Source: Heterodontus francisci
Taxonomy: Eukaryota
DNA length: 64,000 bases
Assembly: GCF_036365525.1 (NCBI RefSeq)
Contig: NC_090387.1
Coordinates: 76,321,300 to 76,385,299 of the forward strand
Reading direction: 5' to 3'
The notes under the pieces are model-generated. The model did not search any database, had not been told where the DNA came from, and saw nothing but the letters and a program-made list of their open reading frames with translations. Below, piece by piece: positions 52,337-64,000 of this stretch. The translations under genes and the position numbers were made by a program. How positions within the stretch are numbered: the first letter of the stretch is position 1; every line of letters starts with the position of its first letter.

Positions 52337-55300
52337 CTGTAAAAGTAATATTTCGTATCACCCGTTAGTCTATTGCCTACTCATTGGTTGAGGTAATCGA
52401 GGTTTGAAAAAGGCTGCAGTGAAATTTCTTCACATCAATTACCAACTTCAGATTGTAACCGGATTTTGTATTGGTTTATTTCTCCAGTTTCTCCCTTCTC
52501 TGCAAACGATTCATGTTGCGTTCCAATTCCAGACCCTCCCCTAAATCTTATTAGTATTCCGCTTTAACCTTCATATAAAATTAGTTCTGATGAAAGGTCA
52601 CAGACCTGAAACGTTAACTCTGTTTCTCTCCCCATAGATGCTGCCAGATCTGCTGAGTTTCCAGCACTTTCTGTTTTTATTTCAGATTTACAGCATCCGC
52701 AGTATTTTGCTTTTCTAAAACTAGTTCTCCTGCTGAAGCAGCCCATTTCAGTGAGCAGACTAGATACCTCAATTAAAATAGAAAAATGAATTTCATATTG
52801 GTCTGTTAAGGGTATTTGGAATGATGATATAGTAAAGCACCGTTTTAAGGCCCTGTTGTTTGAGCCTCGACAGCCAATGTGACCCTTAACCCAAAGGCGA
52901 GGCTCCAAGGTCACATTTTTCAGCCGCCTTTCCCTTACCCCCGCTGATCTCTGAGACATGAAGGTCAAAAATGATGCACCTTGGCTGAGATCAGCTGGCA
53001 CAGCACAATGGCAGATTAAACTTGGGATCTTTGCTTTTTCTGCAGCTCAGTGTCGTACCACTTAACACTTCTGATGTATCAATGAATGGTCTGAGCTGTA
53101 CCTGGGCTTACACCGTACTCTGCTCCTTCTGTCGGTGTTTCGCATTGCTCCTGGTCCTGGTTTCGACAGTGGCGCAGGGCAATTCTTGTTTCGTCTGTAA
53201 AATAGATATTTGCCAGTCTTACCAGGTGAGTTTCTTATTTTGCAATTTGTAATCGTTATTACAGCCAGACCCGGAAAAGAAATGGTGCTAATTGTGACTG
53301 CTGTCGTGTGAAACGGATGGATAGAGTCCGCAACCCGTTTTACATATCTGATGATTTCTATTTCCATGCAAGTCAGCGGGAGAGATGCCGATTCGCCAGC
53401 ACTCGTTATATACTGTCCTATAAAGTCAACACTACCTCGGTAAATTCTGTATAGCTTGTTAGAGTTGACTCTGTTATCACAGAGTGTTGATTTTGTGTGG
53501 AAATGTTTTGGATATCATTCGCGCCAATCGCTCGCCCTACCTGGGGATAGACGGTGTGCTCTCCCTTATGTTTACGATTGGGGGGTCCTTTGTCATCTCT
53601 CAAGTTTAGAGGAGCGTAGGCGGTAAGTTGTTCACTTGGTCCTTGTCTAACCTGTAAAAATGAGATATGAAATACTGATAGTTAGAGTCTAATAAAGCAG
53701 CCAGCTATCATCAATTGGAACTGAGTCTGAAAGTGTCAATATGGAGACAGTAACCGATAAAATTAGGGCTTAATTGCATTCTGCCCACTCACAATGATTT
53801 TATTCAATATCTCACCCATAGGGTGAGGAATAATGTTCCAAATATGAAATCCGGATCATTCAAATATTCTTAATCCTCAGTCAGCCCAGTCTATTGGAAG
53901 ACCTTACAGGCGGAGCCTGAAATTGTCGTAATTCGACTTCCAGTCACTTCCATCCCGAGCTGGAAATCAGCCGCTGGGACCTTGGCCATTCACCCCTCCC
54001 GCCGCAACTACCCAACCCAAAGACTTGCAGGTTGATAGTTTAATTGGCCATTATAAATTGTCCCTAGTATAGGTAGGTGGTAGGGACAGGTGGGGATGTG
54101 GTAGGAATATGGAGTTAGTGTAGGATTAGTATAAATGGTTGGTTGATGGTCGGCACAGACTCGGTGGGCCGAAGGGCTTGTTTCAGTGCTGTATCTCTAA
54201 ACTAAACTAAACTACCCCAGTGTTTCAGAGTTCAGGCCAATTAGGTCCCGATAGCACTGTTCCAGCTCAGTCACCAGAGTTGGGGACGGCATTGGGACCT
54301 TCCAAATCTAAAAGCAAAATACTGCGGTTGCTGGAACTCTGAAATATAAACAGAAAGTACTGGAAACACTCAGCAGATCTGGCAATATCTGCGGAGAGAG
54401 AAGCAGAGTTCATCTTTCATGAAAGGTCACAGACCTGACACGTTCCCTCTGTTTCTCTCACCTGCCTAATCTGTCTGGTTGCGCTGCACAATATCTCAAT
54501 TAAGCAACAGGGCATCTCCGATTTTTAAAATAATTTGAATTATGAAAGAGAAAGTGGTCAGATGTGTATGTTGAAGTAAAGACAAATATTTATCGTGTCT
54601 TGACGGGTAGTATACTGTGCAAGTAGTGACAGCATGTACTTTCACGAGTTTTGATACTGTACAAGTAGTGAGAGCTTGCACTTGATTTAGTGTGTGAATA
54701 AAATATTGATATACCTTTCACCAATCAGATTCCGCGGATTCTTTAAGACTAGAGTGTGTGTTAGGCACAACAATAATCAGGGTGGATCGGGATGTTTTTA
54801 ATGCAGTCCGCTATTGTGATCTGTAATGCACTGCCTGAAAGGGTGGTGGAAGCAGATTCAATAGAATCTTTCAAGAAGGATATATACTTGATATGAAAAA
54901 AATGTCGGGCTATTGGTAACAAGTCGGCGAGTGGGACTAATTGGATAGTTATTTCAAAGAGCCGGCACAGGCACCATGGCCTCCTTCCTTGCTGTAGGAT
55001 TCTACGATTCTGTGAAATTTAATTAATATCTTCTGGACGGAATGTAAAATTTCTTGCTATTTCCCGCCTCATTTTGGACGATGAGAACATTGTCACCCTA
55101 CCGGCTCTTCAGCCTGACCCGCTTCCTCAGAATTTTTCTTACTGCCTGAGGGAAAGAGAAGACAACATTGAATAGCTTAATCAGTGTATCAGCAAAACAA
55201 TATCATGCTTAACACAGGTAAAGTAAGGAGACTTGAAGGTACAAATCTCTCTGAACATTTTAAGCAGCACCAGCTATTACAGTGCAACATGCTGTGCATT

Positions 55301-58300
55301 ACCTTCGCATACCCCGCAGTGGCGCTGCACCCAATGGAGTCGACCTTGTCTTTGTGTGACAGTGTAAAACAGGGTTGTCCAACATTTTGCGAAGTTGTGG
55401 GGCGGGGGTCGGTGGGGTGGGGGGTCGTTGCGAGGGGAGAGACAATACAGTTTTTGTCTTACATAGGGGGCCGGTGAGAAGAAAGCAGCAAGATGAAGGC
55501 ATTAAAAACTGATCTTGCTATTAATCAAAGGGGCAGCACAGTGGCGCAGTGGTTAGCACTGCAGCCTCACAGCTCCAGCGATCCGGGTTCAATTCTGGGT
55601 ACTGCCTGTGTGGAGTTTGCAAGTTTTCCCTGTGTCTGCGTGGGTTTCCTCCGGGTGCTCCGGTTTCCTCCCACAAGCCAAAAGACTTGCAGGTTGGTAG
55701 GTAAATTGGCCATTATAAATTGTCACTAGTGTAGGTAGGTGATAGGGAAATATAGGGACAGGTGGGGATGTGGTAGGAATATGGGATTAGTGTAGGATTA
55801 GTATAAATGGGTGGTTGATGGTCAGCACAGACTTGGTGGGCCGAAGGGCCTGTTTCAGTGCTGTATCTCTAAACAAAACAATTGTACATTTTTGTGAGGA
55901 AGCTTTAAATTAGAAGATTCATTGATTGACTGACTTTCTCATCATTATGTTGGACACTGACTTAGTGAGATACCTGGCAGTTTTTGTTTGCATATGCAGT
56001 CAATGTTTGTCCACACACTTGTAGTGATTCAGAGTATTCCAGATAGATGTCCATCTGTCAGGAATGATCTTGATCAGTCTTTCTCCCTCTCTCTCCTTGT
56101 CTCCCTCTGTCCCCCTCTCTGTGTTCCCCTGCACTGTGTTGTTCCCCTGCACTGCGTTGTTCCCTCCTCTATGTCGTTCGTGCTGTCTGTGTGCCCCCCC
56201 CCCCTCACTGCCCCCTCTTTCTCTCTCTGTAACCCCCCTCTCTCTATCACTCGCCCTCCCCGCACCCGCGCACCGCCGCTCTCTGAGAGTTGCAGAAAAC
56301 GGAACGGTCAGCAGAGCAGCTTTGTGGTTGATCAGTTTTTTTCAAAAAATCGCAAATCATTTTCACAACTGACTGGTGCTGGGAGCTGAGACAGCGGTTT
56401 TCCAGCTTAGGACAGATTCGGGGTTTTCCGGCCGTTTTCGACTTTTTTTTTTATAAAGCGTGCTGGAATACCCCGAATCTGTTCTAAGTTCGGAAACTGC
56501 TGTATTCGCTCCCAGCAACTGTCAACTATGAAACTGACTTGCAATTGTTTTTTTTTTAAAAGTCGGTCTGGAAAAAGAAGCCAATGAGAATTTTTTTTTT
56601 CTCTGAAATTGTCAGTCACAGATTCCTGGCGAGGATGAGGAATGGTTCGATGCAGTTTACATCCGTGGTCGGATGGAAACCTTAGACAGGCCGGATTCCG
56701 GCCCGGGGCGGTATGTTGGATATCCCTGGTGTAAAAGATGTAGTAGAGAGTCGGCAGCACATTTTACATTTCAAAATTACAATGAAAATAAAATCCGGAT
56801 GAGATGTAAAATAGGTTGCCCTTACCAATTCGATATCATCCATTTTACATTATCGCAGAAAGTCAAAATATACTTCAAAGTGTTTACACTTCAAGATCTG
56901 GACCCGAAATGATAGCAAAAAAAATGCATAACGTTAAGGATTCCGGGTGTTGCAAAATAGAAGTGAAAAAGTCGAATGAATAGTTGGAATAGGAAGGTGA
57001 AATAATTGCATTTCAAAATGCAGTATACATGGTCATATTCAACTACCAAGCATATAAAGCTCTTGTGCTATAAACTTCATTCTTTGAACATGCAGTAAGG
57101 TGTCCTTTATTCTTCGACAATGAATGACGATCCACCTGCCCTTTCTGTATTGTAAAAATACAACCAGGCCTTAGAAAATAAAAGTATTCGGTGGAATAAG
57201 AAATATTCTTACCATCTGATGTCTTTAATTTGAGTCTCGTCAAAATTATTATTAATAGTAAAATTGCCAGTATGCTCCCGGCACATCCAAAAATCAGCAG
57301 AAAATCATTATCAGTACCTGTAGGATTAACAGATAATTGAAATAAGGAACTGTCGAGCACAGGGAGATATATACACAGAGAATCGTGGGTCAGGCAAGGG
57401 AGGACGAGTCGCAAAGGTGTCTCTCGGGGTAACGGTTTCTACTGTCAGTGGGGCTGGACCGCTTTTATTTCTAAGGGTAGTATATCATCATGTGTACCAA
57501 ACAATGACAACTGTAATTCAGTAATGCAATTTATGGAGAAAACAAATCCTATTCCATAAAGGCACGTGAAGCTTCGCTCTGCACGTGAGGGTTGTTTATT
57601 AAGAGTAAAGGGAGTTACACTTTTTTTACCTATCAGTGCGACACCAGACTGATGCGCAACGGCTGCAAAGGTGGCAAAATCTTCCATTCTTCAGCGCTGA
57701 CATTCCTCGGCAGTGTGACTAGAGAATACCGGCTGTACTACTTTTAGTAGTTAACAAGTAACTTGCATTTATGCACCGCCTTTAACATCATAAAACGTCA
57801 AAAGGCACTTCACAGAGAATCACCAAACAAAATTGTAAACCGAGCCACAATAAGAGGATATGAGGAAAGGTGGAGATAGAGTTCAAGGAGCGTCTTAAAG
57901 GAGAGGTCGGGAATTTTAAAGTTTAGGATGTAGACAACTGAAGGTATGGTGCGCAGAGAACAGATTAACATGATATTTCCATATATTCAATTTAAATTCA
58001 TGATTTGTAAAGTGACTCTGGTAGAACAGATCCATTTTATGTGTAGTTTCATTTTATTTGGCAAGAATTTGAAGAGGAATAATCTTTCAAGTTTTGAGCA
58101 GCGCGCAAATCAACCTCCCGTTTCAGTTCGCTTCAGGGGTATACTCTCCTTCCTTCACCTACAAACCATCTTGAATATTTTATTTCGTATCCATTGATGT
58201 GTCATTGAGAGTAAATACAGTCCACATTCACTCCGTATTCTGGAGTTTGAACAGTGTTCCAGTTACCTGTCTAATAAGTAAATACAGATTGAAGTAATTA

Positions 58301-61300
58301 TCACTTTCCCCGCTGTACATATTTGCAAACGTACCTCGATTGACGGTGTAGCTGACACTGGCAGGTACCAGAAGGGACACATGAGATGCCAGACAGGTGT
58401 AAACAACTTCATTCGGGGCAGGTTGTACTTCTTCCAAAAAACTGGAAACCTCATAAAGTCCCTCTGCGTTCCTGCTTTTAACAGTTTCGTTACCGCTCAG
58501 AATTTCGACACCATCTCTTAACCAGGAGATTTCTAAATGCTCCGGGTAAAAGGCAGCCGTTTTACATTCGAGTTTCGGATGAGTCGCTGAAATTCCTTCA
58601 ACAGGAACAATTTTCAGCGGGGTCGGGGGAACTTTAACAGAGAGAAAAAAAAGTTTTAATTTAAAGGAACACATTCTCATTTTCTACCCTTCTAATGCTG
58701 TTACCCTTCGACAGTTAGTGCTGTCGTTCTTTAAACTTTATGTTCGGATTTATTTTATAAATTGTTGTACGGCACACAGCAAAATAGCGGGATGTATTAC
58801 AAACAATGGACAAAGAGGATGATACTCCAAGCGCGAGTTACAATCAGGAAAGCAGATGCCACTGCTCTGAATGGAAGTATAGGATCCTGGCGCGGGATTG
58901 GTGTTAGCAGTAATGACCCCAAATGAGATTACTGTCCTAATATATCGGAGTGAACGCAAACCAGTTCACACGAACAGCGGAATCGTCCCTCCTTATTCTG
59001 TAAGAATCATTGCCGTACTGAACATTTTGTGTGTTTATTTCAATATTGGCCGTTTTCGAATATTCTATATATTTCAAAACATATTTTCTTTTAGCAGTTA
59101 ATATTGAGAAGATGATGTGTGTAATCAAAATATCTCTGATGTCGATATTGAATCCAGACAGGATGTTGTTATATGCATAGATTATGCATTCCAATATTTC
59201 CGCGTCTATGGTGGAGATTTCAGATCGTGCAGCTTTCACCTAAGGAACTTTCTCCAGAGGGGGAATCGAGGGCTGAAACGTTTTTCACCTTATGAAAGGG
59301 TTATATTGGTAATTATATATCAATGTGTAGATCACAACATCCATACAGAAGAGGGAAACATAATGGGAAATCCTAACTCAGAGTGCATGTTTTATATAAT
59401 TCCAGGGGTTTCGCCCTTCCCCATGTTCATTCGGTCTGTTTAACACGTTTTGCCGCGAGAAGATTCTGCTCATATCGTTCCTACATTCACCATTAACTAA
59501 TACGAACCTGTGTCCGCTCGATCTCCAGTCACTGTTTAGCTGGAAGGTCAGGCCCTTTATAGCTTTGCATTGTTTTGCTAATTTATTACAATCTCCTTAA
59601 TATTTTCTCTTTACACATTTACTTTTCCGAATTGCATTCTATTACTTGTAGTAATAGAAAATTATTAAATTAGGGACATTATTAACTTGCAAAATTATAT
59701 TCACCTTTATTCCCAACAAAGGCTCAGAATTCCTCCATTCTTTTACCAGGGATCTGCTGCAGAGATAATATGCAATGCAGCAGAATTTCAGTGGAGATGG
59801 ACGGCGGAGTTCTTTTGATCTCTTGCCATAATTTCCGTGTGGGGTTTGGGGAGTGTAAATGGAAATCATGAATTACAAATACTGGAGCCCAGGCGTTTAT
59901 ACAAATGTTCCGTGGTGTCCTTCCAGTATTTGACGGGTTGTGAGCGCATAAAAGAAAATCCAATTGGCGCACGACAGAGGTTCAAACACGGGCATTGGGT
60001 AGCTTCACTATTTTGCAAGTTGGAGGACTTGAGGTGGAATCCAGCACTGAGGGCAAGATCGACACCCCATTCTGACTGGGTTATAGGATTCATTTGTAAA
60101 AAGAGGTTGGTATCTCAAACAACTTATTACTCGACACAAGTGCACAGCATAAATTGACATAGGAACAGGAGTAGGCAATTCAGTCCCTCGAGCTTGCTGT
60201 GCCACTCATTTAGATTATAGTTGATTCGCTCATTAACTCCATTTTCCTAACATAATTCCTTTCCCTTGCTACCCATACCTAACAAAAATCTATCCACATC
60301 AAATATCGGAGAAGTTGGTAAAGAAATATTAGATCGGCAGTTTTGAGCAGTGAAAAGGGCTCTGGTGCGAGAAATATTCACGGCGGTAGCAGAAACGTTT
60401 TCACTTGAGTTTGTAACGAGTCACCTTTTTGGGGTGGATTAGATGGTCTTTAATGTTGTATAAAAGACTCAACCTAGGAGGTAAAATTATTCCTATTGTT
60501 GCACGTTGGCACCGCTATTTTGGTGAGAAGGAACGTGGCCATCTTATCTTATTGATTAATTTCAAACTAAGGTTTAAACATCCTTTTCCACTAACTTGTC
60601 TTAATAACAATTGTACCTGCACCAAAAGCACTCATTGGGCGAAAAGCACTTTGGAATGTTATGAGGACAATGAGCTGGTGAAATTGGTCTTTAGGCACTA
60701 GCGCAAAACTGGCGATCGCAAATCAGCGGTTGTTGTACACCGGGGTCAATGGAAAAGAAAATCCCGAGATGTGTAAAACGAATTTGTTGTCAGCCAGTTT
60801 TCGTCCAGAGAAATTACATATATTGCACACAGCTGAAAAAGTCCCACTCCCTGGTACAATGACACTTACCGTACACAGTAAGCTGCGAACCACTTCCATC
60901 TCCAATGGATTCGTTAGATTTTACATGACAGTAATACATTCCGGAGTCTGCAACACTCGCATTCAGAATATCAAATGAACTACTTCCCTTTTTTACATGA
61001 AATCGCTTTCTGCTGTCTGGTTGCAGAAACAATGCCTCGCCGCGTTTCCACCAATAAACATCGAGATTATATTGAATTAGCGAAAATGTGCAGAACATGG
61101 AAACATTCGCACCTCTGGCAACGTTCAAGAATTTAGGGAACTGTTCCACTTTCTTCGAAGTTACTTCAGTGGCTATTAGAAAATAAACAAGAACGGTGGT
61201 AACAGTTGTGTACATAATTTAAAGAAAAATAACTAAGAGAAATAAAACACAAAACCCATTAAAAACACCAACAAACGAATTGGAGAAACACAATATCTAA

Positions 61301-61439
61301 TTTTGTAATGCATAACAATTGTAGAATCTTCTAAAATATGGTTTAAGCTATTCTGAAACGGCAGCATATACTAACTAAAGGTACCTGGCCAAACCATTCC
61401 CAAAAGAGCCATGTACTGAACTGAAGCTCTCAACGACAT
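52190..61439 (-). CDS. Gene 1: intact V(J)-C1-TM-ITIM immunoglobulin-superfamily receptor (SIRP/NKp30-like), about 353 aa, 7 exons: 61385-61439, 60870-61172, 58335-58631, 57213-57317, 55102-55145, 53541-53651, 52190-52336
   Basis: All introns are GT-AG with matching phases (1,1,1,1,0,0). Exons total 1062 nt with no internal stop. Leader MSLRASVQYMALLGMVWPA; V domain C..YWWK..DSGMYYC..GDGSGSQLTV; C1 domain CKTAAFYPEHLEISW..YTCLASH; TM FLLIFGCAGSILAILLLIIIL; tail motifs TAYAPL, TVYPQ, LTYAAL, AVYAEV. Confidence 0.88.
52583..52619 (+). ncRNA. Minimal type-I hammerhead ribozyme motif (repeat extends to about 52715)
   Basis: Same 37-nt motif as 41688-41724. Confidence 0.65.
53541..53651 (-). CDS. 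Gene 1 exon 6: cytoplasmic tyrosine motifs 1-2
   Basis: TTTTTACAG| acceptor; VRQGPSEQLTAYAPLNLRDDKGPPNRKHKGEHTVYPQ; |GTAGGG donor; 111 nt. Confidence 0.8.
54016..54213 (+). mobile_element. HE1-type SINE, 3' part
   Basis: Matches the 3' half of 55531-55880; (CTAAA)n tail. Confidence 0.87.
55102..55145 (-). CDS. Gene 1 exon 5: short cytoplasmic linker
   Basis: Strong acceptor TCTTCTCTTTCCCTCAG|, encodes GSKKNSEEAGQAEEP, donor |GTAGGG. Converts phase 1 to phase 0 as the model requires. Confidence 0.72.
55531..55880 (+). mobile_element. Full-length HE1-type SINE in a gene 1 intron
   Basis: GGGCAGCACAGTGGCGCAGTGG head, B box GGTTCAATTC, CR1-like tail. Confidence 0.92.
57213..57317 (-). CDS. Gene 1 exon 4: transmembrane segment, uncharged
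   Basis: GTDNDFLLIFGCAGSILAILLLIIILTRLKLKTSD; CAG| acceptor and G|GTAAG donor, 105 nt. Confidence 0.88.
58335..58631 (-). CDS. Gene 1 exon 3: Ig C1-set domain
   Basis: Acceptor TTTTCTCTCTGTTAAAG|, donor G|GTACGT, 297 nt. CxxxxFYP, W, GLYEVSSFL and YTCLASH are C1-set hallmarks. Confidence 0.93.
60870..61172 (-). CDS. Gene 1 exon 2: Ig V-set domain with germline J-like G strand
   Basis: Acceptor TTTTCTAATAG|, donor G|GTAAGT, 303 nt. Canonical Cys, Trp and DSGxYYC; ends IGDGSGSQLTVY. Confidence 0.93.
61385..61439 (-). CDS. Gene 1 exon 1 (signal peptide)
   Basis: ATG at 61439 gives MSLRASVQYMALLGMVWP, then a phase-1 donor G|GTACCT about 210 nt upstream of the V exon. Confidence 0.75.
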
Positions 61440-62086
61440 GTTGCAAATAAAACGTTAGTTAGCCACTTGGTGTGAATGAGAATGGCAACCTGAATGGTTT
61501 GTGCAAAAATGGATTTGATAGATAAATCTATGAAACATGTGACCATGACATGAAGTATCAGATGACTACGGCGGCGTATTGAGTCCAGTTATATATACTT
61601 CTGCGTGGGAGTCTGGAAATAGGTGGTCACCTGCTGGCTGAAAAGTTTCCATCGAAAAAACAATGCTTTTACAGCCGATCCCGACACTTCGATCCGACAA
61701 CTTCTAGTCCGACACCTGTCTTTGATCCTCTTCTCAATCCTGAAAATGACGATTCAGGCCGCAGGGGCAGGGAGTCCGCCCACACCTCATCTCAGCTAAA
61801 CTTCTTCATGCAGGAGCATCTACAGTGAGAGTTGCAAAGATCTAGTCCTGTGCGCAGAGAGTCTAGTGCGATCGTGATCTCTCCCAGCCTCTATGCACTC
61901 GGACTTCTCGCAGAAGTCACTGGAATAGCAATCCGAATTAATAATCCTGCTCATCGCTCTTTCTCAACTGCAAAGCTGGTGAGGCCTATTCGAGCTTCAT
62001 CCAAGACAGATGAAATTTTGGACCGATACGCATGTGGTTCTGTGTTACAGTTTTATTCCCAAACAATATACTTGATTCATAAAAAT

Positions 62087-62615
62087 ATAGAGTCATAGAG
62101 TTGTACAGCATAAAAGCAGGCCCTTCGTCTCACCGCGTCCATGCCGACCATAATGCCTATCTATACTAATCCCACCTGCCTGCATTAATTCCATATCCTT
62201 CTATCCATTGTTCATTCAACTACCTGGTGGAGGCGGGGAGGAGGTCTCATAGAAACCTATAAAATTCGAACAGGACTTGACAGGGTAGATGCAGGAAGGA
62301 TGTTCCCGATGGTGGGGGAGTCCAGAACCAGGGGTCATAGTCTAAGGATACGGGCTAAACCTTTCAAAACTGAGATGAGGAGAAATTACTTCACCCAGAG
62401 AGTGGTGAGCCTGTGGAATTCGAAACTACAGAAAGCAGTTGAGGCGAAAACATTGCATGTTTTCAAGAAGGAGTTAGATATAGCTCTTGGGTTTAAAGGG
62501 ATCAAAGGAAATGGGGGGAAAGTGGGAACTGGTCACTGAGTTGGATGATCAACCATGAATGGCGGAGCAGGATCGCAGGGCCGAATGGCCTACTCCTGCT
62601 CCTATTTTTTATGCT
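62087..62615. mobile_element. Two abutting CR1 3'-end fragments (minus about 62087-62225, plus about 62236-62615)
   Basis: CATAGAGT tail on the minus strand; MFPMVGESRTRGHSL..FTQRVV on the plus strand. Confidence 0.8.
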
Positions 62616-63583
62616 TTTGAGAGGAACAAAGTCCCATCAGCAAAACAAATACAATTACATAAACGCGCCTGGGGAATAAAGGCCACCTTCAAAATAAAAG
62701 CAGGTTAATTACAGAGTTAAGCTTTCCCTACACTATCCCCCATCAAACAAAACAGAAGAGGAAAAAAAGGCACAGGGATAGGTGGGACCGTTGTCGGAGA
62801 GAGAGTGGATGCCTGTCTGTGATTGGTCACTGTCTGAGACATACAGCGGACTGTCTGGGTGGGGTGAGCACTGATTAGCAGTTCGTGGGGCAGACACGCT
62901 GGAATCGGTCGCCCTTGCTGTTTTTGCCCTTTACGTAAGTGGGCGGGAATGGGAGCGAGGAGCATTGAACCATAAATGGTGAACCATGAGCCGGGAGCCC
63001 TAACCCCGAGGAGAAGCGTGAACTATGAATGGGGAGTGGCAAACAATGTGTGGGGACCCGTGAACCATGAGCAGGGAATGTTGAGCGGCGAGCCCTGAGC
63101 CAGCAGTGACAAATTATGAGTGGCAAACAAATATTGGGTAGCGGGACACCATGAGACACAGAGAAGGAGCAGGGGCAGAGAGAGAGGGGAGATACAGAGA
63201 GGCGGAGAGAGACAGAGAGAGGGAGACACAGGGAGCAGGTGGTGGGCTGGTGGTACAGAGACGCACAGAGTGCATATTAGTTAAATAACTTTTGTTTTTA
63301 CGCAACGGAGTAAGACAATTAGTCTGAACAAATCTTTTCCTCATGTTAGCTAATTTTTTTCACATTTCGCCATTGTCCTTCATTTGGAGATTGTAAGAAT
63401 TAAAGGGCAATCATGTTCGAATGATAAGTATTTTATTTATTTATATTTTTCGATGCGGATTTCTAAAGTGATGGGAAATATTTAAATACATGACTGTGTC
63501 AGATGAAAGGTTACAACTCGGTTCCTAACTCGTCGGCATTGCCTGTACAAACTCAGAACGGTGAGCGCAGCAGCAGCAACAGC

Positions 63584-64000
63584 AGCAGTCTGTGATCGCG
63601 AGTGCATTCATTCAGCTGGGTAAAAGGATGCTGACTATAATAGAGTGAGCTTGCAGCTCAAGCTGCATACGATTTAAACTGAAATAATGACTGTAATACA
63701 GTGGTAGCACTCTCCCCGTGAGCCTCACTCCAGAGACTTCAACACATAATCTCGGCTGACATTCTAATGCCGAACTGAAGTAGTGCTGCACACTCTGCAG
63801 TGTTCCATTTCAGATGATCCATTAAAACATGACTCCTTCGTCCCTCGGTGGTGGATGTAAATGATCCCTCCAACTGGAAGAGGAACAGGGAGTTCTTAGT
63901 TTCCTATCTCATCTGATATCACTAAACAAAAATTGATTATCACATCGCGTTTTATGCGACCGTGGTGGGCATACACTGTTGTTCAATTCCTGCAACAGTG
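63584..64000 (+). repeat. Paralogous copy of 27030-27420 (local segmental duplication)
   Basis: Collinear GCAGTC..TGCATTCATTCAGCTG..GAGCTTGCAGCTCAAGCTGCATA..TGAAATAAT..CTCCAGAGACTTCAAC, including non-SINE flank. Confidence 0.8.

Noticed and set aside
55531-55600. tRNA genes
   Set aside because: The A/B boxes belong to SINE heads and do not form a full cloverleaf.
63542-63607. CTG-rich stretch as the gene 1 leader exon
   Set aside because: The poly-Leu frame has no ATG and hits a stop; a better leader exon exists at 61385-61439.

Overview
Vertebrate genomic DNA, most likely from a shark or other cartilaginous fish (inferred from HE1-type tRNA SINEs paired with HER1/CR1 LINEs). It is very repeat-rich. 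The main host content is a minus-strand tandem pair of non-rearranging immunoglobulin-superfamily receptor genes with leader, V(J), C1, transmembrane (TM) and tail exons. Gene 1 (52190-61439) is intact, about 353 aa, with an uncharged TM and a four-tyrosine SIRP-alpha-like ITIM tail. Gene 2 (about 36669-43422) is a paralogous pseudogene with three frameshifts and an arginine in its TM, suggesting an activating counterpart. Between them lies an intron-containing, decayed fragment of NUDT21 (CFIm25). The left 18 kb is a nest of Gmr1-type Gypsy LTR elements (integrase upstream of RT), each with a 4-bp target-site duplication (TSD). A full-length CR1 LINE with two intact ORFs sits at about 20.6-24.9 kb. 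Several Penelope-like repeats carry minimal hammerhead-ribozyme motifs, and two are palindromic copies with 14-bp TSDs. All gene models were built by eye from splice signals and reading phase, and need RNA confirmation. Repeat boundaries without TSDs are approximate.
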